From a virus: 64,000 nucleotides of DNA. Numbering within the stretch: position 1 is the stretch's first letter; each line of letters starts with the position of its first letter. Of this stretch, positions 51,301 to 59,100 are shown piece after piece. Under the pieces are notes generated by a model. That model was not told the DNA's origin, did no database searches, and worked only from the letters and a program-made list of their open reading frames with translations. The position numbers and the translations under genes were made by a program. The stretch spans positions 1 through 64,000 of the IMG/VR virus record IMGVR_UViG_3300042887_003609; one strand, given 5' to 3'.

Positions 51301-52147
51301 TGGTTGAATAACAACCTGAAGCAGTGTTTCTTTGTCCACCACTTACGGTAGCAAGAAATCCCGCTTTATTACAATATCCACCAGAAACCGTTGAAAGTAA
51401 ATCTAATGCCGAATTACAAGCACCATTTCCAACAAAACTTGCCGTTCCAAGAGCGCAGTTATTTAAACCACCACCTATTGAAGCATAAAGACCTATAGAT
51501 TTATTTGCAGAACCTCCTAAAATTGAAGAGTAGCATCCCGATGAAATGTTATTTATACCCGCTCCTACAAATGCTCCATCACCACTTGCACAGTTATTCT
51601 GACCACCAAGTACAGCAGAATAATTACCTAATGCCGTATTACCTACATCTGATCTTTGTGTAGAAAGTAAACCAAGACCTTCTTCATATACACCTCCACC
51701 ACCAACAGTAGTCCATTCAGTTCCATCCCAACTGTTTATAATAAACTCATCAGTGTTATAAATCATTAAACCAATTGCAGGAGATACAATAGCATCTCTT
51801 TGAGCAACGGTCATCTTTGGAAATAATACTCCTTTAGTTGTAGATGAAATTTCTAATATAGCAGATGCATCATTAGCTGAAGAATCTCCAACTTTTAATG
51901 GACCTGAAATTGCTGTTTTGTCAATAGCTAAAAATAATTGTGCTAAATTTCCATCAGGATCCTCTAATGCTCTTAGAGTTGTAGACATAGGACCAGAACC
52001 TGCTAACTGCAGATAGTCCCCGTAAATTGTTGAATTAATTGCATCAACTAAAGCATTCAAATGTCCAAACTTAACAGCACCTAATTGGTCACCTTGTTTA
52101 AGATATGGATCTGGACTTTGAGGAATAAACCTTTGTAATTTTGCCAT
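48368..52147 (-). CDS. Tail fibre/adhesin-like protein A with about 15-aa Gly-rich repeats
   Basis: Dozens of AxGxxSxVGGGxxNx repeats (YadA-head-like beta-roll); N-terminal SAILEISSTTKGVLFPKMT...GLMIYNTD module; C-terminal beta domain. Confidence 0.8.
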   Translation of the reverse strand: MAKLQRFIPQSPDPYLKQGDQLGAVKFGHLNALVDAINSTIYGDYLQLAGSGPMSTTLRALEDPDGNLAQLFLAIDKTAISGPLKVGDSSANDASAILEISSTTKGVLFPKMTVAQRDAIVSPAIGLMIYNTDEFIINSWDGTEWTTVGGGGVYEEGLGLLSTQRSDVGNTALGNYSAVLGGQNNCASGDGAFVGAGINNISSGCYSSILGGSANKSIGLYASIGGGLNNCALGTASFVGNGACNSALDLLSTVSGGYCNKAGFLATVSGGQRNTASGCYSTISGGENMKATEWYSGIGAGHINCATGFASYLGGGEYNISQGNFGIVGGGQSNCATSTYSSVVGGCGNRATTYGSFIGGGNNNVASGAGSFIGGGSSNCASGSVSTISGGNSNSNSSLYGVIGGGSANSTSGNAATVAGGRINSASNLYAFVGGGRGNNASGCNSFIGSGSSNTASATRSFIGGGASNTASCTCSSILGGELNRALGSYSVVAGGFSNCACTSAFIGGGSNNLATGACSFVGSGCLNNASNSRAIVVGGSSNTASGYFSSILGGLSNSTTASYSTISGGRQNSASGYISIVVGGASNTASGNGSVVVGGNLNNASVLKSVVVGGTSNSASGQYSGIVAGNGNTSSGNYSFVGAGQTNLSSGRTSAIVGGQQNQATCNFTLVGGGQNNCATNVYSSVVGGCGNQATGYASFVGGGRGNCATTDCSVVVGGVCNVASGLGRAFVGGGQENGAGWLASVVGGFRNGATGVYSAVLGGDSNSVSGAYSALGSGKGNVVSGGSSFIGGGNNNSSIGDNTIIGGGRSNATCGIYSSIGGGERNRALGAYSSIAGGFSNCACISAFIGGGCNNLATGTSSFVGGGYENIACDLAATVGGGNNNCATQVFSTIGGGRNNKAIGLQSTVSGGQDNCATCHTAFVGGGANNSATGCRSAIVGGVYNTSSGVYSFVGGGYLNTAIGGYASIAGGTLNTANGNGSFSAGCNSRANARNSASFMGSLVSGNESASFGLENTVSSENSAAYGHNNTISSSGIRNFTLGFQNSIGCAANYAIAIGNGASAQANNSHSFGTNSTTRNVYSITFGLQSDTYLYGQIAHANGSLILNRGDSQASQLVSRRRSASVTTGTTLTLSLDGTGTTNLIIPEGSNRAWNVTVKWVAVVTAISGTATGVTVGDYMVETNTFGFKRVGGTSSITAIGTSGTQGDGSITGTALMTYTAGASQELSMVFTAPTYVGGGTLTMQVVAKVELTENSW

Positions 52148-52180
52148 GATATTATAATTTTTGAAGTAGTACTACCTATA

Positions 52181-52198
52181 TATAATATACTCCAAAAA
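52181..52198 (-). promoter_or_regulatory. Putative late promoter
   Basis: TTTTTGGAGTATATTATA on minus strand upstream of fibre A. Confidence 0.6.
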
Positions 52199-52215
52199 TT
52201 ATAATATCGCAAAGA

Positions 52216-52416
52216 TTATTTCAGTCTGATGTATTTATACCATACTCGTTCATGTATATAGTATAATACCATTTTGGTAATTAGTTCTACCCCACCAATT
52301 TTTAATCCGGTAGACATGTTACCTGTAATAATATACCCTAAGAGAATAGTATCAATTGTGCCTACTATTCTCCAGGTAATTGTTTTTAATATATGTCTTA
52401 GTTTGTCACTACTCAT
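52216..52416 (-). CDS. DUF2061-like small membrane protein
   Basis: RHILKTITWRIVGTIDT...ELITKMVLYYIHERVW signature. Confidence 0.88.
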   Translation of the reverse strand: MSSDKLRHILKTITWRIVGTIDTILLGYIITGNMSTGLKIGGVELITKMVLYYIHERVWYKYIRLK

Positions 52417-52760
52417 AAACCCATTTCTTTACGAATTTTTGTAGCAGATATTTCCTTAATATGATCAGGTACTTCTATTTGTTCTACCTTGTATCCTACA
52501 TCTCTTCCATAGTACACACCTTCAATATCCGGAATAATCATTACTTTAACCTTATCTTCAGATATATAAGATTTAAGACTATCTTCAATCATTGCTTTAA
52601 CTTGTTCTGCAGTGAATGGATTTTTTTCATCAGTAGGTACATCTCTAATTGCAATTAGAACCGGAAGTTTTTTTTCTTCTAATAGAGTATCTACAAGATA
52701 CTTATGACCCCCATGAAAGATTTGGTATCTACCAATCATTAAACTATATTTATTCTTCAT
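52413..52760 (-). CDS. Small HxGH nucleotidyltransferase, putative minimal ATP sulfurylase
   Basis: GRYQIFHGGH, NPF, YGRDVGY, ISATKIR; co-operonic with APS kinase. Confidence 0.7.
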   Translation of the reverse strand: MKNKYSLMIGRYQIFHGGHKYLVDTLLEEKKLPVLIAIRDVPTDEKNPFTAEQVKAMIEDSLKSYISEDKVKVMIIPDIEGVYYGRDVGYKVEQIEVPDHIKEISATKIRKEMGL

Positions 52761-53511
52761 AATGCTTTTTATAAACCTTTGTACAAATATCTATAAATTC
52801 TTCTTGAGTAAAAACATTTTTCATGATATTTATTTTTTTATGCACCCATTGTAAATTACCAATACTGTAACCTTGATCTGAATTGATTCTGTCAAGAGAA
52901 GCGTTACCAACACCAAATTTATTTTTAGTAACATTGCTAAATACTAAATCCATTCCAGACAAGGCGCATTTTTTATTTTGATTTAAATAAAGCTCTTCTA
53001 AATACTCAATATCAATATCAAAAATAATGTTTCTACTTAAAGCTCCTCTTTTTATTGCTGTAAAAAAAGTTAAAGCTATATGTTCAGTACCTTTCCAATT
53101 TTTGTGAAAATTTCGTTTAGCGTGATGAATACAACCACAAGAAGTAGTATCACCTATTCTTAATGCTTTAGTACTAACTACTTTATCACTTCCACAATCA
53201 CATTTACAATACCAAGCTTTTCTACCATTTCTAGATAACGTTTGAGAAATAACTGTTAGTTTTCCAAATTTTTGATTTATTAAATTTACATTATTCACAA
53301 CTAAACATCCACAACTTGCATATTTACTATTTAATAAATAATTTCTACTTACATACTTTTCATTTCCACAATCACATTTACATTTAATAAGAGTAATATT
53401 ACTAACTTTTCCAGTTTTAGATGTTTGTTTACTACTTTTAAAATCATCTAAAACTAAAAGATTCCCAAATTTCTTACCAACAATTGACTTATCAAATGGA
53501 CGGTTTTTCAT
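52750..53511 (-). mobile_element. Free-standing HNH-type homing endonuclease
   Basis: Two KFGxLxV...CKCDCG...SCGC repeats; C-terminal CALSG...ASLDRINSDQGY...NLQWV...NIMK. Confidence 0.85.
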
Positions 53512-53962
53512 TTGTGTTTTTTATTAAATTAATTACTTTATATACAGATGCTAATTCTGGTTCTTCTGATGTGTTAATTACTAAATCAGCATCTTCCGGT
53601 ACATCAAAATCTAAAACATGAAAGTTTTCTCTACCTCTAAGATCTGTAGCATGATAATGTAGATAAACCCATTTTACATTTTCATTTAGTTTAGATAAAT
53701 ATTCTCTAGCTTCTTTATATGGATATACTAAAGTAACTATAACCAAATCTAATTCAAAAGATAAATAGTGAGCAATATCAGAAGCTGTTTTTAGATTACT
53801 AAGTCTTCCTTCCTTTGTATAACTTTTATTGTTAAACATTTGTCTTAGTATATCACCATCTATATGATCAAAGAGTAAACCCCGGTCATTTAAATCAGCT
53901 TTTAATAAATGAGCTATTGTTGACTTACCAGAATGGGGTTGTCCAAATAATACTAATATCAT
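53492..53962 (-). CDS. cysC: Adenylyl-sulfate (APS) kinase
   Basis: P-loop GQPHSGKST, IDGDILR, YTKEGR, PY...R, FDVP. Confidence 0.85.
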   Translation of the reverse strand: MILVLFGQPHSGKSTIAHLLKADLNDRGLLFDHIDGDILRQMFNNKSYTKEGRLSNLKTASDIAHYLSFELDLVIVTLVYPYKEAREYLSKLNENVKWVYLHYHATDLRGRENFHVLDFDVPEDADLVINTSEEPELASVYKVINLIKNTNEKPSI

Positions 53963-54777
53963 TTTGTATATCTAAAATATTGATTGTACCATTGGAAGTT
54001 ATCCCAAATCCAGTTAGTAACATCTTTACCCAAAATAGTTTTAGCTTGAGAAGGTACAGGTTCTAATCTTGTTCTAATAACATGATCACCATATATACCA
54101 TATACACTATCATCTTCTTGAGTAATCTGAGGAATATTATCAAAGTCATGCTTATACTGAGGTACACCTAAGTACTCATATATCTTACGCATTTCTTCAT
54201 CTGGATATAAACATAAATCTTCAAACTTTACAAAGTGGATATGCTTATCAATACCCTGTCTGATAATTTCATTTAACCTTTCAACGGCCATTCCTACAGG
54301 TTGAGATGCTAACCAAGCATCAACTCTTTTAGGAGTTGTAGTACCTCTCATTTCAGCATGACTAACAATAGGATCAGTTTTATCTTGATTCTTTCTAAAG
54401 TTCTTTTCCATAGAAGCAATGATATCTCTCATATCTCTAACCATACAAATAATTTTTGGTTGTGGATAAAAGCTATTTAAAAAATCATAGTGTATACCCC
54501 AGCCACGTGATTTATCTATAACATATTTTTTATCTGTAATAGAATTAAAGAATCCTTCTACACCTTCTTTACAAAAACCTAAGAAAGCATCTTTCATTAG
54601 TTGATGATCCTGAGCTTTAAACTCAGGAGAATCTGTATAGTTTGCTCTTGCTGCAAATACTAATTCTAAAACACCACTAGTAGGTGTTACATAAAAATCT
54701 GGGTTTTGACCAAGTATATTTTGTAATAATGTACTTCCACTTCTTGGTAAAGATGAGTTAAAAAATATTTTTTCCAT
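53959..54777 (-). CDS. PAPS-dependent sulfotransferase
   Basis: 5'-PSB loop LPRSGSTLL, DKSRGW, 3'-PB motif VRD...IIAS, KFEDL. Confidence 0.92.
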   Translation of the reverse strand: MEKIFFNSSLPRSGSTLLQNILGQNPDFYVTPTSGVLELVFAARANYTDSPEFKAQDHQLMKDAFLGFCKEGVEGFFNSITDKKYVIDKSRGWGIHYDFLNSFYPQPKIICMVRDMRDIIASMEKNFRKNQDKTDPIVSHAEMRGTTTPKRVDAWLASQPVGMAVERLNEIIRQGIDKHIHFVKFEDLCLYPDEEMRKIYEYLGVPQYKHDFDNIPQITQEDDSVYGIYGDHVIRTRLEPVPSQAKTILGKDVTNWIWDNFQWYNQYFRYTK

Positions 54778-54778
54778 A

Positions 54779-55654
54779 TTAGATTACTTCTAATGCTTTA
54801 ATAATGTCTTGTGAATTAAAAATCTCTTTTTCACTATGATAAGGAAACTCTAATGGATCTCCAATGATATTGAATTTTCCTAAGTATGCATTTCTCAGTT
54901 CAGGTTTCTTTGTAAAAAGATTAGCTTCAATGTTAGTGTGAGTGTCATATCCAAATACACCTTTTTTATTAGCTACCCAACAAACTACTGATGGTAATAA
55001 TAGTGCAGCAGCAGCATGTTGTGCAAATGAATCAATTAATAATCTCTTATCACTCATCATTAATAATACACAAAGTGATCTAAAATTATCAGATACTGTA
55101 ATTGCATTTTTTAATTCCGGTTGATCTTCTCTACGGATATGTACAACATTATGTGTACCTTTAAAATGATCTACTACATCTTGTGCTACTGCATACGGCA
55201 GATCTCTAGCCCAAGAGTATTTTACTTCCTGGTTAGGAGCACCACCATTTGTTTGTAAAGTAAGAATAGGTTTATCAGATCTGTATTTAGCTGAGAAAAA
55301 TTCAAGTTCTCTTGCTGTTAGATATAATTTTGGATATTCACCATTATACTGATATCCAAACATTTTGCACCAGGTTTTTAATAAATGCTCTGTACCTTGT
55401 ATATGAGCTACCTCTAAATAAGGATTATGTGCATGTATAATACAATCTTTATCTTCTATAAACTCTTCATAAAAATAAGATTGTTGTCCAAATCCATATG
55501 ATCTATCTACATTTGGATTGTTTAAAAAAACATCTGGATACCCAGATACTACAATTAATTTTGCTTCCGGGTGATGATTTTTAATACATTCACATACTGC
55601 AGTGGCCATTATACACTTTCCAAGACCACCATCAATTTGAAATACTATATTCAT
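54779..55654 (-). CDS. GT-B glycosyltransferase (GT9-like)
   Basis: GGLGKCIMAT, VFLNNPNVD, IDSFAQHAAAAL. Confidence 0.8.
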   Translation of the reverse strand: MNIVFQIDGGLGKCIMATAVCECIKNHHPEAKLIVVSGYPDVFLNNPNVDRSYGFGQQSYFYEEFIEDKDCIIHAHNPYLEVAHIQGTEHLLKTWCKMFGYQYNGEYPKLYLTARELEFFSAKYRSDKPILTLQTNGGAPNQEVKYSWARDLPYAVAQDVVDHFKGTHNVVHIRREDQPELKNAITVSDNFRSLCVLLMMSDKRLLIDSFAQHAAAALLLPSVVCWVANKKGVFGYDTHTNIEANLFTKKPELRNAYLGKFNIIGDPLEFPYHSEKEIFNSQDIIKALEVI

Positions 55655-55659
55655 AAAAG

Positions 55660-55667
55660 CAAATATA
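55660..55667 (-). promoter_or_regulatory. Host-type -7 promoter element of the sulfation operon
   Basis: TATATTTG on minus strand, ending 5 nt before ATG 55654. Confidence 0.7.
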
Positions 55668-55701
55668 ATAAAAAAACCCTGAGAAATTAATCCCAGGGTT
55701 T
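55668..55701 (-). terminator. Intrinsic terminator after fibre B operon
   Basis: AAACCCTGGGA-TTAATT-TCTCAGGGTTT followed by T-run on minus strand. Confidence 0.8.
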
Positions 55702-55722
55702 AATTATTAATTTACTAACTAA

Positions 55723-56043
55723 TTAAGCGTTAGAAGATTCCAATGTAACGATAGTTACTGTACCTTCTCCAGTTACAGCTTCAACAGCTACTTTAACCTT
55801 TTCGTGCATATCAGTAGCTAAGGTAGTACCCCAGAATTGCTCTGCTGTAACTTCTAAGCTTACACGTGAAGGAAGTTCCTGAATGTTCAAAGGTGATTTT
55901 CCAGCTAAATAATCAGCTTCACTTTTGAAATAAGATACGTTAGTCCATGAATCATTTAAAAGATAAATGCTCAAGAATCCAAAACACTCGCTAACCACAA
56001 ACCCTTCCTGGGTTGTTAGTTCTTTTGATATTTTTACTGCCAT
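55723..56043 (-). CDS. Small protein downstream of fibre B (possible fibre-associated protein)
   Basis: 106-aa ORF with its own late-type motif at 56069-56083. Confidence 0.6.
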   Translation of the reverse strand: MAVKISKELTTQEGFVVSECFGFLSIYLLNDSWTNVSYFKSEADYLAGKSPLNIQELPSRVSLEVTAEQFWGTTLATDMHEKVKVAVEAVTGEGTVTIVTLESSNA

Positions 56044-56107
56044 GATAAAAAATTTTAATAATTTTACTTACACTATTAATATAACAAATAATTCTTAATT
56101 AAAAAAA

Positions 56108-59100
56108 TTATGTAACAATTTTTAAAGTACCACCATCTGACCAAACTTCACCACTTGATAATCCAGCACTTGAAGTTGGAATATTAGTGATTACAAGTTT
56201 ATTTACGTGGAATGCACACTCTACGTTTGCATTTATTCCACAACCAACCACACTTGAGAAGTTAGCCGCAGCGGTATTACCTACACCACCGAGAACTACA
56301 GAATATAATGCAGATGCCGTGTTAACACAACCACCCACAACTACACCATAAGCACCTTGAGCAGTGTTGCACGCTCCACCACCGACAAATCCACTACAAC
56401 CATTAACGGTATTGCTAAATCCACCAAGTAATGAACCATAAGGGAATGAAACCACGTTTCCGCAACCTCCACCTAAAGTTCCACAATCAGCCGTTACTTG
56501 ATTTAAAATACCACCACCCAAGAACGCTCTTGTACCGTCTATGGTGTTTTGTCTACCTCCTCCCATGAAGGATTGGTTTTTATTACCACCAATGATGTTT
56601 AGGAATCCACTACCAATTGAACTTTCTTGTGCAAATCCATTGATGCCGTTACATCCTCCACCGACAATAATATTTCCCGCACCACATACGTAGTTTTGGT
56701 ATCCACCAACTATTAACGCTCCTTGACCTACCAAGCAGTTGTTTCTACCACCACCTATAAATGATTCAACTCCCACAGCACAGTTAGAGAATCCACCCGC
56801 TACGGCTGAATAATTTCCTAATGCACGGTTGAGTTCTCCCCCACCTACTATTGAAGCACAAGCACACGCAATATTTCTAACCCCACCAATAATAGATGAA
56901 CTATAACCACTTGCTGTATTTCTACTACCACCCCCAACAGTTGCATCATTACGTGTAGCACAATTTGAATAACCACCGCTTACGGTAGTAGAATAATTGC
57001 TCGCAACATTTCCATATCCTCCACCTACGAATGCACGGAGAATACCGCTTGCTATATTTGAATTACCCCCACCAACAAAATTATCTCCTCCACTTACCGT
57101 ATTGTTTCCGCCTCCACCAATAAATCCTCTATATCCACTTACGGTATTACAACTTCCACCTACTAATGAAGAACAATTGCCACTTACTACGTTTCTACAC
57201 CCACCACCAACAAAAGACCAACCACCCGTAGCACAGTTATTTTGTCCCGCAGTTACGGCACTATAAGAACCCGCTGCAATATTATTTTCTCCACCACCTA
57301 TAAATGATGTAGTTGCAATTGCTCTATTTAAATAACCACCACCAATAAAAGAATTTATTGCTGTTATACTGTTTCCATTACCCGAACCTATAAATGAGTA
57401 TGCTCCGCTTGCACTAATAGAATTTATAAATCCTGCTCCTATTCCCGACCTATAAACAGGTGATGAAATGGTATTTGCAAATCCAGTTCCAATAAAATTA
57501 TTTCCTCCACTAACAGAGTTTGCATATCCAGTAACAATAGCAGAACCAATACCACTTACATTGTTCCCGTCGCCACCTAAAACAGAAGATGAATTAGCAC
57601 TTGAAGTGTTTCCAACACCCCCACCAACAAATGACCCATATCCCGTTGCCTTATTTCCACACCCTCCTACGACAGAAGAATAGATAGAAGTAGCACAGTT
57701 AAACGCTCCTCCTACTACGGAGGAGTTATCACCAATAGCACAATTGCAAGTACCCGCTCCAACTAATGCCGCTATAGCACAAGAACGATTTAATCGACCA
57801 CCAACAACTACCGAACATTCTGACTCTGCTCTATTCAATGAGCCGCCTAAAACTGATGAAAAATTTGCAGTAGCACAATTTGAAGTGCCACCCACTACAT
57901 TACTTGAATTACCAGTTGATTGGTTGCCATTCCCAAAAGCAACTGAACTAAAACCACTTGCAATAACAGTTGTACCAAAGGCAACAGAACCATTATTTGT
58001 AGAACTATTACCAGTTCCACCTACCATAGAATCTTGACCCGAAGAAATATTACCGCATCCACCAATAACGACGGCTCTATTACCACAAGCAATATTTCCT
58101 GTTCCCGCTCCTATAAAATTTCCAAAAAAGTTTGCAATATTATTGCTTCCACCACCAATAAAAGAACAAACTCCTTGACTACAAATTAAATTATTTAATC
58201 CTCCTGCTATGTTTGAAAAACAATTACAAGCACAGTTATTAACACCACCACCAACAAAACTACCATACCCTAATGCCTTGTTTCCACACCCTCCTACGAC
58301 AGAAGAATACACATTAGTAGCACAGTTAAACGCTCCACCTACTACTGATGACCATGAATTTGCGGCTTGGTTTCCAAAACCTCCACCTACAGTTGCTCCA
58401 ACGCCGAATGCTCCATTACCACATCCACCACCTATTACGGCATAACAAGTTGAATCACTTGTGTAGTTTCCACTACCACTACCCATAAATGAATATGCAC
58501 CCGCATTAACATTGTTTTGTCCTCCAACAACCGCTGAATAATATCTTGCTCCAATTCGGTTTCCTTCTCCACCTACTATGACTCCATATTGAGAAATATC
58601 TCTTACACAGTTATTAAATCCACCTCCAATAACCGCTCTGTAACCAAAACTACAATTTGAACATCCTCCGCCCATAAATGCTTGAGTTCCACTTGCTACG
58701 TTACTTGAACCTCCTCCTACTACGGATGCAGACCCACTTGCAGAATTTAAAATTCCACCCGCAACTACCGCATAATCTGTAGCACAGTTTTGTTGACCTC
58801 CCGCAACGGTAGAAGAAATACCCGAAGCAAGGTTAAGAACACCACCACCTACGGTAGACCTTAAAGGACCTGATGCAGTATTACTACACCCACCACCAAT
58901 TGTTGATTCACATCCACTTGCAATGTTTAATGTTCCTCCACCAACTGCTGAATAGTTACCTCCTGCACGATTACATAGACCTCCTAAAATAGACGAATAT
59001 TGATTACATGATAAGTTGTATCTACCTGCTCCAATCATAGAAAAATAATTGGATGCAGTGTTAAATTGTCCACCACCAATGGTCGTATACCTACCTATAC

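Noticed and set aside
52750-53511. Group I intron splitting a fused cysC-sulfurylase gene
   Set aside because: HNH ORF overlaps both neighbours, each has its own start and stop, and no non-coding core is evident
49912-58445. Plus-strand Pro-rich ORFs (e.g. 50517-51089, 56997-57266, 57744-58037)
   Set aside because: Antisense shadows of Gly-rich repeats (GGN codons read as Pro-rich)
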